Source: Malacoraja senta
Lineage: Eukaryota
Length of the DNA stretch: 64,000 nucleotides
Assembly (NCBI GenBank): GCA_038087875.1
Contig: CM075978.1
Span: 55,924,001-55,988,000, forward strand
Reading direction: 5' to 3'
This document shows, one piece after another, positions 51,126 through 64,000 of the stretch. The notes beneath the pieces were generated by a model. It was not told the origin of the DNA and made no database searches. It was given only the letters and a program-made list of their open reading frames with translations. Made by a program: the position numbers and the translations under genes. Numbering within the stretch: position 1 is the first letter of the stretch; every line of letters starts with the position of its first letter.

Positions 51126-54100
51126 TATCTATGTACCATTCTGATTTTAATTACCTGTAACATTTTATTTAGCTGTCACCTTTATTCCAATCTTTCTGCA
51201 CAGCTCTTTAATTTTCCCATCATGTCCGATTTAATAATGAATTAACTCTCTTTAAACCCTGTGCTCTTAATTTGATTGTCCTGCATTATATTTGGTCAGT
51301 AAAGCTAATGTTGACAGGTCCAATCTCATCCGATTCAAACCTGGCCTTATTGGTATTTTATTTCACTGGGCTACACAGTGGTTCAGCTGGTAGAGCTGCT
51401 GCCTACAGCTCTAGTGATCTGAGTACCAAGACTCTGAGGATCACTGCAAATGTAACCTTTGTTTTTTGTCCAGCATTAAAGCATGTTCTGCTGACTCAGC
51501 ACTGCGATAGGAAGCTGCTGAATGTCCCAATTGCACTCTGGCTATGGTTTCTCTGTTGTCTACCCCTGGGCTAACACTGCTCATTCCAAGGTTGTGCAGC
51601 TCACCCTGAGCTCCTCATACCCTCCACCACAGCCACTTGCTGCCTCCCCCCACTGCACGACACTGCCTTGGTTTCTCAATAACTGAAATATCATGATTTA
51701 TTTTCTTTGCCAATGGTGACTGATCAGCTGCATTTTTATTTTTAATTTCAGATTTGTAGATGTTTTTCCCTTCCCCCATTTCCACTTTGCCTGTCCAAGG
51801 TCGTGTACTCTTAGATAATACAAAAGTGAATCTATTCTTTTATCTCGTAGGAAGCGGGGTCCACGTGTGGAAATTTAAACAAGCCTCTTGGATGGACATT
51901 AAATCTATATCACATCAGAACATAGCTCCTCCGAGTGTGGACTTTGTTGTTACAGGCTGATGGCTTGACATGAACCTGGAATGATTGAACTGCATTGTAG
52001 GTAACCCAGAGCGCTGTACTGCCAATGTGTGGTGTAGAAGCTGATGGGATGGACCAGCAGCCAGTATACAAACAATACAATAACGACTAGATAGCATTTC
52101 TCTCAGCGCTGTTGACTGAGGGATGAATATTGACCAGGACTCTGGGAACATCCCAGTTCCAATGAACATTAGCTCTTTTTATCCACAGATGCGGTCTAGT
52201 GCCTATCTAATATCCTTTGAAATTATTGATCACCTCCAGCACCCCTGTGGATTGTATGTCATCACTAATTGCTGTGTAAAAAGTGTTTCCACTAAGCAGG
52301 GGATGTTAATGTTAAAATACTATTGTGTTTTGTTCTTTTTTTTATTCGTATGGCTGTATGGTGACCCCAAATTTCACTATACCAATTGGTGCATGTGACA
52401 ATAATAATAATAATATATCTTTATTGTCATTGCACAGAGGTTCGACGAGATTTGGAATGCAACTTCCATCTGATGTAATAACTTAATTAGCTAAAAATGT
52501 AGACACCCAGAGAAACAAGATTAAAAAAAACAGTTCTAAGTTGTTCCTAAGTCTGGAGGTGCGGGAGTAGAAGGCCGGATGGTAGAAGTTCGAACAGACT
52601 ATTGCAAGGGTGTGAGGAGTCTTTATGAATGCTGACGGCCTTCCTGAGGCACCGTGTATTGTAGATGCCCTCCAAGGCTGTGTTTGGTAGATGCCCACCA
52701 GCTGTGTCCAAATTATCTTCTGTGCTCCGCTGAAGAGCTCTCCTCTCCGCCTCCGTGCAGCTGAGATACCACACAGAGTCTCTTGAAATGTCTCTTGAAT
52801 CTTGTCTCTTGAATCTTGAATCTTGCCTGAGGCCTGAGAAGCAAGCGATGGCAATCTTGGCAAAAGGAAGCAGAGTGGTGGGTGTGGGAGGTAAGAGATG
52901 GGATGTTTGCAGTGGTGGCCAGGTTGAGGTGTTATGGAATAGACCGCCAGAGGCCCTAGAGCAGCCGGGGCATCACGTAGATCAAACACCGCTGGAGTTC
53001 CCACAGAAGTTGGATAAGCACGCAGCACAGGCACGACCCACAACAGCTTCACGGAGCGACGGGAGAAGGCACCAATATCATCGCTGACCCCAACATAATG
53101 AGTCCAGCGCTACCGACAGGACAACGACCACTTTCAGGCCAAGATGAGACTCAAATTTTAAGAACTAGAAACGTGGCAACTCTTTGTGTACTGCCTCGGA
53201 AAAAATCTATTTTTTTACACGTTACAATCGTAGCACTCTTTTACTTATGGATGATTGTGCTAATGTACAGTGTGATTTTAATGGATTATATGCAAAACAA
53301 AGCATTTCACTGTATTTAGGTAGACGCGACAATAAAGTAACAATTGAGCTATTAAGTTCATGTCCTGATGTTCTCCACTGAACCATTCATTCTGTTTAAA
53401 CCTAGATCTGACAAAATAGAGCAACATTTTGTTTTGTGCAAACTCTGTAAAGAAAGTGACTTTTGTTCAGAGCTGCCTTTGGGCCTGTGCTTGTCTGCTG
53501 GAGGACGTGAGAGTTGTGGCAACTTTTTCTTCCAAATGTTTATCAGTTTTCCCAGCAGTTACGGAAATTTGCATCAGATCAAACCGTCTTAAGGTGTAAA
53601 ACACCACATTTTTCAGCCTTATATAAGTTAATTTAGGAATTTATTATAAAAGCACAACTCAGAAATAGGTCTTTTGGCCCAAATGGTCTCCTCTGGTATT
53701 TGGGTTCCACATGAGCCTTTCCTCAACCTACTTCAGCTCACCTTTTGTAACAATTTGTAATGACTTCACAAACACACTATACCACATCATTACAAACAAC
53801 TACTAACATATTGAGTTGTAGCTTCATACTGCATAGAAGCAGGCCCTTTAGCCGACCATGAAGAGCCGATCTATACTACCATTTGTCAGCACTTGGTCTG
53901 CAGCGGTTGCCATGGCGATTAATTGCAACGTTTTCACCAGAGCGAATTTGGAATGTGTTGCCAGAGGAAACTATATAAGTTGATACAATTATGACTTTCA
54001 AAAGACAATTGAACAGATAAATGGATAAGGAGGGTTTTAGAGGGATTTCTGATCCCGCCTATCACCTACCAGCACCTGTCCCTCCCCCACCTGTCACCAT

Positions 54101-54261
54101 CTGCCCATTATCCTTTTCTTATGTTTTCACCTATCACCTGCCAGCCTCTATCTCACCTGTCCCTCTCACCTCTTTATTTTCCCTTTGCACTCTCAGTCCT
54201 GATGCAGGATATCAACCCCGCTGAGTTCCCAGAGCAGTTTACACTTAATAACTATTAATAG

Positions 54262-55550
54262 ACAATAGGTGCAGTAGTAGGCCATTCGGCCCTTCAAGCC
54301 AGCACCGCCATTCAATGTGATCATGGCTGATCATCCACAATCAGTACCCCGTTCCTGCCTTCTCCCTATATCCCCTATCGAGCTCTCTCTAGAAAATATC
54401 CAGAGAACCGGCCTCCACCACCCTCTGAGGCAGAGAATTCCACAGACTCACAACTCTCTGTGTGAAAAAGTGTTTCCTCATCTCCGTTCTAAATGGCTTA
54501 CCCCTTATTCTTAAACTGTGTTCTGGACTCCCCCAACATCGGGAACATGTTTCCTGCCTCTAGCGTGTCCAAACCCTTAATAATCTTATATGTTTCAATA
54601 AGATTCCCTCTCATCCTTCTAAATTCCAGAGTAGACAAGCTCAGCCGCTCCATTCTCTTAGCATATGACAGTCCCGCCATCCCGGGAATTAACCTTGTGA
54701 ACCTACGCTGCACTCCCTCAATAGCAAGAATCTCCTTCCTCAAATTTGGAGACCAAAACTGCACACAATACTCCAGGTGTGGTCTCACCAGGGCCCTGAA
54801 CAACTGCAGAAGGACCTCTGCTCCTATACTCAACTCCTCTTGTTATGAAGGCCTTCTTCACTGCCTGCTGTCGATTTCTTCATTGCCTGCTGTACCTGTA
54901 TGCTTACTTTCATTGACTGATGAACAAGGACCACCAGATCCCGTTGTACTTCCCCTTTCCCCAACTTGACACTATTTAAATAATCTTCTTTCCTGTTTTT
55001 GCTACCAGAGTGGATAACCTCACATTTATCCACATCTGCCATGCATTTGCCCACTCACCCAACCTGTCCAAGTCACACTGCATTCTCATAGCATCCTCCT
55101 TACAGTTCACACAGCCACCCAGCTTTGTGTCATCTGCAAATTTGCTAATGTTACTGTGATGTTTGGTGGACTGTGTGGGGTGGGAGGACCCGTTGCTCCT
55201 CCTGTGCAGCAGGTGGCGCTGCACAGGACAAAGGGAGATGTTTTGTATATAGTTTATCCTGTCTGTAGACAGTATGCGGACAGCCATTGTCACTGGTCTT
55301 GCTGCCAGCATTGAGTGAAACATTAAAGACTTCTGTTGTAAATTAAAGACTCAAGTTTTGTGCAGACCTAGAAAACGAACACGAAAGTTACGTAATCCCT
55401 TCATCTAAATCATTAATATATATTGTAAATAGCTGCTATCCCAGCACCGAGCCTTGGGGTACCCCACTAGTCAATGCCTGCCATTCTGAAAGGGACCCGT
55501 TAATCCCTACTCTTTGTTTCTTGTCTGCCAACCAATTTTCTATCCATGTC
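54262..55550 (-). mobile_element. CR1 LINE 3' part
   Basis: LVRPHLEYCVQFWSPNLRK and SKFADDTKLGG motifs. Confidence 0.9.
55155..55392 (+). mobile_element. Possible solo LTR nested in CR1
   Basis: About 240-bp insert interrupting the CR1 RT region; starts TGTGATG, contains ATTAAA twice, ends gttacg; TSD unclear. Confidence 0.45.
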
Positions 55551-55997
55551 ACTGCAATAGAATTTTCTATTTCTCACTGCAATAGAATAATGCTGACGGG
55601 CATACTTTATAAAGACCTGTGCTTTAATCTTGTGTCCTTTGGAAGATTATTGTGTTAACATCACAAAATAAGAAATAGCCGAAGGAGTTGGCCATCTGGC
55701 CCAATGAGCCTGCTCCACTATGCATCCATCATGGCAAATCTTCTACTTCTATAACACTCTCCTGCTCTGCCGTCTCTTTATTCCTCTCTCCATTGTTTCT
55801 GCACCAGGTTTATCTCTCAGTTGGTAAGGAGACCAAACCTGTGCATAGTACTCTGGGTGTGGTCTTAACTAGGGTCTATAAAATTGCAGTGAGATGATTT
55901 AATCCTGCAGCTCAAATGTTCAATGGTACTTTAATGTTGCATGTACAGTGAAATTTGTTTTTTTGCATAGAGTTCAGTAAAAATCGTATTATACATA

Positions 55998-57643
55998 AGC
56001 CCTCCATAATGTTTGGGACAAAGACCCATCATTTATTTATTTGCCTCTGTACTCCAAAATTTGAGATTTGTAATAGAAAAAAATCACATGTGGTTAAAGT
56101 GCACATTGTCAGATTAAATTAAAGGCCATTTTGATACATTTTGGTTTCACCGTGTAGAAATTGCAGCTGTGTTTATACATAGTCCCCCCCCCCCCCCCCC
56201 ATTTCAGGGCACCATAATGTTTGGGACACAGGTGTTTGTAATTGCTCAGGAGTGTTTAAATGCCTCCTTAATGCAGGTATAAGAGAGCTCTCAGCACCTA
56301 GTCTTTCCTCCAGTCTTTCCATCACCTTTGGAAACTTTTATTGCTGTTTATCAACACGAGGACTAAAGTTGTGACGATGAAAGTCAAATAAGCCATTGTG
56401 AGACGAGAGACAAGAATAAAATGGTTAGAGACATCAGCCAATCCTTACGCTTACCAAAATTAACTGTTTGGAACATCATTAAGAAGAAAGAGAGCACCGG
56501 TGAGCTTACTAATCGCAGAGGGACTGACAGGCCAAGGAAGACCTCCACAGCTGATGACAGAAGAATTCTCTCTATAATAAAGAAAAATCCCCAAACACCT
56601 GTCCGACAGATCAAAAACACTCTTCAGGATTCAGGTTTGGATTTGTCAATGACCACTGTCCTCAGAAGACTTCATGAACAGAAATACAGAGGCCACACTG
56701 CAAGATGCAAACCACTGGTTAGCCGCAAAAATAGGATGGCCAGATCACAGTTTGCCAAGAAGTACTTAAAAGAACAACCACAGATCTGGAATAAGGTCTT
56801 GTGGACAGATGAGACGAAGATTAACATAACAGAGTGATGGCAAGAGCAAAGTATGGAGGAGGGAAGGAACTGCCCAAGATCCAAAGCATACCACCTCATC
56901 TGTGAAACACGGTGGTGGGGGTGTTATGGCCTGGGCATGCATGGCTGCTGAAGGCACTGGCTCACTTATCTTCATTGATGATACAACTGCTGATGGTAGT
57001 AGCATAATGAATTCCAAAGTGTATAGACACATCCTATCTGCTCACGTTCAAACAAATACCTTAAAACTCATTGGTCAGCAGTTCATTCTACAGCAAGACA
57101 TTGATCCCAAACATACTGCTAAAGCAACAAGGGAGTTTTACCAAGCTAAAAAATGGTCAATTCTTGAGTGGCCAAGTCAATCACCCGATCTGAACCTAAT
57201 TGAGCATGCCTTATATATGCTGAAGAGAAAACTGAAGGGGACTAGCCCCCCAAATAAGCATAAACTATAGATGGCTGCAATACAGACTTGGCAGAACATC
57301 ACCAGAGAGGACACCCAGCAAATGATGATGTCCATGAATCGCAGACTTCAAGCAGTCATTGCATGCAAAGGATATGCAACAAAATTCTAAACATGACTAC
57401 TTTCATTTACATGACATTGTTGTGTCCCAAACATTATGGTGCCCTGAAATGGGGGGACTATGTATAAACACTGCTGTAATTTCTACACGATGAAAACAAA
57501 ATGTATAAAAATGGCCTTTATTAAAATCTGACAATGTTAACAATGACAACTTTAACCATATGTGATTTTTTCTATTACAAATCTCAAATTGTGGGGTACA
57601 GAGGCAAATAAATAAATGATGGGTCTTTGTCCCAAACATTATG
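55998..57643 (+). mobile_element. Tc1 transposon (third family), degenerate
   Basis: Inverted ends cataatgtttgggacaaagacccatc / gatgggtctttgtcccaaacattatg; VLWTDETKI, KHGGGGVMAW, QQDIDPKH and WPSQSPDLNLIE motifs. Confidence 0.92.
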
Positions 57644-58208
57644 TCCACATTACGGAAGGTAATGTAAGTACAAGAGTGTAAAGATAGTAGCTAACATTGA
57701 GGCAGTACATGAGTTGCCACATTTCCAGCGCCAATTCTCTTGCAATAAATTCTAAACAAGTCCATTCCTTCACAACCCTCTGAGGTAGAGAATTCCAAAT
57801 AAATGAGCGAAGAAACTTCTCATCCAGGTTCCAAATGCCCCCCCACCCCACCTCCCCTCTTACCGTGACAGTGACCCCTGAATCGAGCATCCTCCCTATG
57901 TCCAGGTTCTATTAAGAATTTTATGAGTTTCAATGAGATCTCTTTGGATTCAACCAAATTTTTGGGAATGTTGAGCATGTCCACTCAATCTCTACTCACA
58001 TGACAAAACCACCATTCATGGAACTTGTCTGATAACCTTTTGCTGCACTTTCACTCTGACAAGTACATTGTTTCTCAGGTAAGGAGACCAAATGGTCGAG
58101 CCAGAGCCTTATATAATTCCTGTAAGACTACTTAGTCAAGTACGTTTGCAACACAATGCCAACATAGTATTAGCCGTCTTAATCAGGAGACAGGAGACTG
58201 CAGATGAT

Positions 58209-58979
58209 GGATTTCACGCACGGGACAGGTAAAAAAACGGGGCTTATTTTTTCATATAAACTAGCTTCTTAGGATGCCTTTAATAAAAAGTTCAATTTGC
58301 GAAAATGTGATTATTTAAATATACCAACCGGCAGTATTTTTCCTGCCGATATGGGGTTTAATTCAGTACAAATGCAACAATACAAACCAGCGCGTTCCAC
58401 AAAATCCCACTCGCAAGGTGATTTAAATGGCCATTAATTTACAGGAATTAAACACTAAATTCCTTCCATTTGGCCTATAAATTCATGACAATGAGATTTA
58501 AAAATCATGTTATATTGTGAATTCTTGTGTGAATGTTATTTGGACACCTAGGCTTTTAAAAAATGTTAACCTTTTCTTAAAAAATTGATAGATGTTTAGA
58601 TCTAGTAATTGAATTTTGTAATTAGCTACAATTGGGTAACTAACTAATTATATGCTTTAATTTCAGGTCATCCAAGTAACATTGTTTCATATTTTTCAGA
58701 ATGCTTCAATCTATAATAACTGAAAATTTCATTCAGCTCTCTTAATTTTTAAGAAAATTATGGGCTTTTGACTCCTTGATCACAGCTTTTTTGTGAAGTC
58801 AATGGAAAAGCAATAGGGAACAAGATGCTAATTTCCGAGTATGAAAATGGCCATAACTTTTTTAATACTGAAGATATGAAAGTGAATTAGGTGTCAAATT
58901 AAACTTCTTTTTATGCTTTATTTGATGGGATAAATTGCAGACTAGATTTTTAAAATCTCAAGATTTTGTAACATTGCTA
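58209..58979. mobile_element. TAG-terminated DNA transposon, truncated copy C
   Basis: Homologous to 35850-36625; keeps only the right TIR ttttgtaacattgcta. Confidence 0.8.
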
Positions 58980-59601
58980 TGACTAGTAGAACAGAAAAAG
59001 GCTCACTCGTCTGTTTAGCTGCAAATCACTTTAATTGGCAAGAGGACAAAAACAATACTTGTCTCGGTGTACTNNNNNNNNNNNNNNNNNNNNNNNNNNN
59101 NNNNNNNNNNNNNNNNNNNNNNNNNNNNNNNNNNNNNNNNNNNNNNNNNNNNNNNNNNNNNNNNNNNNNNNNNNNNNNNNNNNNNNNNNNNNNNNNNNNN
59201 NNNNNNNNNNNNNNNNNNCTCTTGTACATGAACACTTCAGATTTATTGGCAAGAGTGAGAACAAAAAGAATACTTGTCTTGGTATGCACAGGGTCCGTTT
59301 TACAGCAGCACATCTCTCTCTCTCTGCCTCCATCCGCGACTCAGCCCATCTGTGAACCCCTCTTGTTCATTAACTTGAACTAACTTCTGACTTACTGGCG
59401 CCTGCCTTTATACAGGTAAGAAATCAGGTGTTGAAATAAAGGTGATACACACAGCGCCTCTGGTTTGGAGCGCAAAGGTTTAAACAGCGCTGTCGGCTTA
59501 ACGTGTGGTAATTTAACCAAAGAGCTGCCGGCTGCAGCGCCATGGGGGTTAAATATAGTGCTACCGGCCCCAGCGCTATGGCCACAGCTCTGTGGGTCAC
59601 A
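58980..59601 (-). mobile_element. LTR-like element with an internal repeat, spanning an assembly gap
   Basis: On -: starts TGTGAC, TATAAAG near 59407-59413, AATAAA near 59243; a similar ttggcaagag...aatacttgtct block lies on both sides of the N run. Confidence 0.4.
59074..59218. other. Assembly gap
   Basis: Run of N. Confidence 0.99.
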
Positions 59602-60319
59602 GACTGTTTGGGAAAATTCTTGTATAACAGTGTTTGAAGAAAATAAGAAAATCTAATTTTCTGTTTTGCTGTCAAAATGGATGACCTCACATTTCCCCCC
59701 CAGTAAATTCCATATGCCAAATTCTTGCCCACACACATGGCATCTCTCAGTCGTCCTGAATTGTCTTACCATCCTCCACACCACCTACATTGTATCCCCT
59801 TGGCCAAATCGTTCCTATAGATTATGAACAGCTAGGAGCCAAGCACAAAATCTAGCAGTGTTTTATTTATTGTAACCTACCAACCTAAGGAATATGCAAA
59901 ATACTGGACTAACTCAGCGGAATCTCTATAGAGTAGTAATGGGTGACATCTCAGATCTACAACTTTTTCAGCCTAAAAAAGACTTGTTTTTTCCCCACAA
60001 TTTGCATCCTGTTCATTAACCAGTTCACAATCCATGCCAGTAAATCATCCCAGTTCCTTGTGATAATCTTCAGTGAAGTCCTAATAGAAAGCCCCTGAAA
60101 ATCTAAATATACCACATATATACCACATATCACCCTCTTTTCATAAATCTTTTGCTCTTCACTTCTATTCTTTTCTAAGTGTTCTATTATTACATTTTAG
60201 CTTAAAGACTCCAGCTTTGCCCTACCAATGTTGGAGCAAGTTTCGACCAAAGCATCGGTGTTGATGAAAGCCAACTTGGCTTTCCCCTTCCTCCCCCACT
60301 GACAACTACAATTCCCAGA

Positions 60320-61110
60320 ATGCTTCGGGCCACGATGGCGCAGTGGGTGAATGCGGCAGGACTGTGACGTTCTTTGACGGGCGTCGCCGCCGGCCAATCG
60401 CCGAGACGGGGAGGGCGCTAGAGAGCGTGTTGTGCCGCCCCCGGCTGCCGGGGACCGTCGAATGGGAGGGGGGAGGGGGAGGGGGAGGGGGAGGGGCGTG
60501 GCGTGGCGCGGCGCGCGCTGTGTGCGTTGCGTTGCGTTGCGTTGAGCGGCCGGTTGCGATGGTACAGTGCGACGTAAGAGGTTGCGGCAATCATGGCGGG
60601 AGGAGGAGGAGGAGCCGCCGCGGCCGTCGCCGCCGCCGCTGCCTGACCGAGGGGCAGTCTCATCCATTGATTGTTTTGAGGTGTTCTTCACACGCACGCC
60701 GCCCCCCCCCCCCCCCGCCTTCCTCCCCTCCTCACATTTATTGTTCACCCACCCCTCCCCACACCTCCTCCGTGAGAGATGAAACAGGGACGGCAGAAAA
60801 GCCCGCGCCGCTTCTAAAGTGAGGGGTTTGGGGGGGGAAAGACCGAGGGGCTACTCACCCCCCGGGAAGACGGCGGCGGCGGCGATGTCGAGCCGTGTCA
60901 CAGGTGAGCCTCGGGCCTTGCCTCAGCCGTTGATGGCAACGCACGGAGGAGGGCAGGGGAGGGGATGGATATGATTGAGGCAGCGGCCAGCCACCCCGCA
61001 GCGGCATGTCCTGGCGAGGGGTCGACGCAGGGCGGCCGCTGGCGTTGGGGGCTGTGGGTGGGTGGTAGGTTGGGGATGTTGTCGGTGGCTGATCCTGTGA
61101 GCTCCGTTGG
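60320..61110 (+). promoter_or_regulatory. CpG-island promoter and first exon of the downstream + strand gene (possibly TTBK2 by synteny)
   Basis: Very CpG-rich; CCAAT at 60394, GC boxes, YY1-like ATGGCG, donor CAG|GTGAGC at 60903/60904. No recognisable coding exon in the window. Confidence 0.75.
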
Positions 61111-62399
61111 GAGGAGAAGAGGCAACCCGTTTTATTCTGGCGATTGGGATTTATGAGGGTTGACTGGTACTCTTTCCCCGGACAGAGGCTTGATCAGAAT
61201 AAGTCAAATCTTCCCATTTCCAATCTACTTGCTGGACCATAACCTGCTGAATCATGAATATCACAGAGCCGGATATAGGGTGGAGTGGGGGCCCAATGAA
61301 TTAATCCCGCACACTGATTGTAATTTCATAACGCCTGTGTTTGACACACGCGTTGTACGGCAGTCAGCGTTGATCGGTACATTCTGTCTAACATCCTCGG
61401 GATGCAGTCGGCCATAGCAATCGCCAAACGAGGACATAATTTTTAGTGCACGTTACGAGGGCCTTGCTGTAAAACGATTTGCAGGGTCATTCCCCTTATT
61501 CGATATCATTTGGAGGTCTGTTTCCGTTTGCAATAATCATCCTTTCTTTAAAAAAGGACATTGACCTTGAAGGAACGCAGAGTCATTTGTTTGATACCCC
61601 TTGAAAATAATAATCTCGGTCATTTTTTGTTGTTGTTTGGGTGGGGGGGGGGGGGGGGGAGTTATTTGGCCTCGACTAATGATCGCAGAAATAACGGCGG
61701 TAGAGCAGCTTTTGGCGATGTTGCAGAAAAAGCAATCCTACTGCAATATTTATTGCCTCATGGTGTATTCTGTTCATGCCTTTGCGTCAGTTATGTGTGC
61801 AGGGGCATTTATTTGTATGTATTCTGTACCTGATGATTTTTCAAGTTGATGGGATATACTCCGTCTCTTTATTTTCAAAATGATTTTTTTATTTTCAAAA
61901 TTAGTTTTTTATTTTCTATTGTGTTTTGTGGTAAAGGACTCTCGTGGCTTTTAATAACCATTGGGTTTGTGAATTTAGATCTCATTATATGCAAAAGGAT
62001 GCACGGATGACATTAACGTGGATTCGAAGAGCATGCAGTAATAGTGAAATTGAAATTAGGATTTGAATTTGTATTTAACCAGTTTGAGACAAAGCAGCAA
62101 ACTTTTAAAAGTAACCTAAATCTGTGAAAATGGGGAAGTATGTTTACACACAATGAATATTTTAATTGTTTATTGGAAGATTTAAGGAATGGCATGAATG
62201 AGCATTATTAGACTTGAGATATTAAATGAAAAGTGCACACTGTACAAAATTGTTTACACTTTGTGTTAATTAATTCTGGATTCTGAACTTTTCCCCCCCA
62301 ATGGTCTTCAGGCAAAGTTTATTTTGAAAATGAGCCGATTGTCAGCCAAATAAAAATAATTGTCTCAGTCAGTGTAAGTGTAAATACTGTAGATGTGAT

Positions 62400-63085
62400 T
62401 TAGTTTTCATGAATGTGCCCTTTGGCCCTGAATGTTTCTGCCTAACATGATGCCTAGCTGAATTGATCTTACCTGCCTGTGCATGCTCCTTATCTCTCTA
62501 TTCCCTGCATTTCCATGTGCCTATCCAAAAGCCTCTTAAACACCACTATCATCTCTGTCATATCACCATGCATTCCAGGCCCACTGTGTAAAAAAAACTT
62601 CCCCCACACATCTCTATTAAGCTTTCCCTCTCTCACCTTATAGCTATGCCCTCTACTGTTGGATATGTCCACCCAGGGGAAGAAGGTTCTGAGTGTCTAT
62701 CCTATCTATGCCCCTCACAATTTTATATCAATCAAGGCTCCCCTCAACTTCTGACATTTCAGAGAAAACAATCCTCTCCCTGTAGCTGAAACCTCCTCTG
62801 ATCCACGCAAGTTTCTGGTAAACACTCTCTGCACCCTCTCCAAACCTTCCACATCATTCCTGTTTTTGGGCAACCAGAACTGCACACAGTATTCCAAATG
62901 TGGCATAAACAAAGTCCTATAGAGCTGCATCATGGCTTCCTGCATCTTGTACTTAATGCCCCTAGCAATGAAGGCAAGCATATCACATGCCTTCTTTACC
63001 ACCCTTTCTACTTGTGTTGCACCTTTAGTAAGCTAAGAACCTGGACTCCAAGATCCCTCTGCACATCACTGATGATAAGGGTCTT
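62400..63085 (-). mobile_element. CR1 3' fragment
   Basis: VKKACDMLAFIARGI..HLEYCVQFWLP motifs. Confidence 0.88.
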
Positions 63086-63410
63086 GCCTTTGGTTAAGGA
63101 CTGTTGTGAATAATCAAAGGTAGATAATAAGTTGGATAAAGTCTACAAATGAAGGTAGTTGATCGGATTAATGTGATGACTACGAACTAGCTTTTTGGTT
63201 TCTTGCAAACAATAAGTTGACATATGGAAAATTGCTTTGAGTTAACAGGTTTTTGAAGTTGAATAAATGCAGTGGTTTGTACAAGTTCATAATCTTAAAA
63301 CAACACAAGTATTAATGAGCATTGTTACTGAGGTGTATGTTAACAAAATTGTAATGGCTCTCTGAGGGTAATAAGTAAAACAGCATCAACATAGCTTGGC
63401 ACCAGGATTT

Positions 63411-63530
63411 CATTCAGATCCGAAACGTCGTCCATTCCTTCTCTCCAGAGATGCTGCCCGTCCCGCTGAGTTACTCCAGCATTTTGTGTCTATCTTTGAT
63501 TTAAACCAGCATTTGCAGTTCTTTCCCTCA
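63411..63530 (+). mobile_element. Short Penelope-derived insertion with 11-bp TSD
   Basis: caccaggattt at 63400-63410 and 63531-63541 flank ccgaaacgtc...gatgctgcc...gagttactccagc. Confidence 0.8.
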
Positions 63531-64000
63531 CACCAGGATTTGATTTCTTGCACTACATATCCGTTTCCATGACTTAATGGTTTTCTATACTTTCTATGCA
63601 TTGTAACAGTACTTTCTTTTGAGAGCCTCGTTCTTAATGTTGGCCAATTCAAATTGATTTCATGCTGGTTTGTAATGATTTATGGCTGCTTGGACATAAC
63701 TACTGAGGTGTTTGTAGTCACTGTATCTCAAATCTATGAGTTATAATATTATTCTAACAGTGGTGACCTCAAGTTATTCATCTAGATGGTTAGAATTTTT
63801 AAATCTAGAAGGGAATGGATCATCTTAGCAGTTTGAAGTAAGTGAACAGTTGCTGATGTAAATTGGTAGTCCTTCTGTAGAAATTAAACCTAGACTGGTT
63901 TGTAATGATTGATCAATAACCACAAAATATTGTTAGCTTAACTGGCATATATATCTGTTTTTTAATTCAGTGATGTGAGAATTAATTCAAAAGATGAAAT

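Noticed and set aside
58979-59383. ORFs spanning the N run
   Set aside because: Artefacts of the assembly gap.
60197-60822. Several 80-180-aa Gly/Pro/Arg-rich ORFs
   Set aside because: Stop-poor frames in a GC-rich CpG island; low complexity and no recognisable domain.
1-64000. CRISPR array, prokaryotic operon or contaminant DNA
   Set aside because: No regularly spaced repeat-spacer array; content is spliced vertebrate genes and eukaryotic TEs throughout.

Overview
Repeat-dense vertebrate genomic DNA. The repeat set (CR1 LINEs, HE1-like tRNA SINEs, SacSINE/Deu-like relics, Neptune-type Penelope elements) suggests a cartilaginous fish, probably a skate or ray; this is an inference. Genes: (1) the last three coding exons and 3' UTR of the N-end-rule E3 ligase UBR1 on + (2770-7426); (2) a convergent peripherin-2-like gene (PRPH2L/RDS2-type tetraspanin) on - that is a pseudogene, with a 1.67-kb Penelope insertion (13-bp TSD) in coding exon 1, a frameshift, a nonsense codon and a lost cysteine, while a CRX/OTX-site cluster and a candidate non-coding first exon remain upstream; (3) a CpG-island promoter and first exon of the next + strand gene at about 60.3-61.1 kb (possibly TTBK2, by synteny only). 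Notable mobile elements: a P-element-like transposon with a THAP remnant, a TAG-terminated DNA transposon family with 7-bp TSDs and an outward-facing splice donor, three Tc1 elements, and Rex1/Babar, L1, L2, Harbinger-MITE, Helitron-like and LTR-like pieces. There are also many short Penelope-derived insertions carrying a minimal hammerhead-ribozyme core. All family assignments are from motif recognition by eye; no database search was run.
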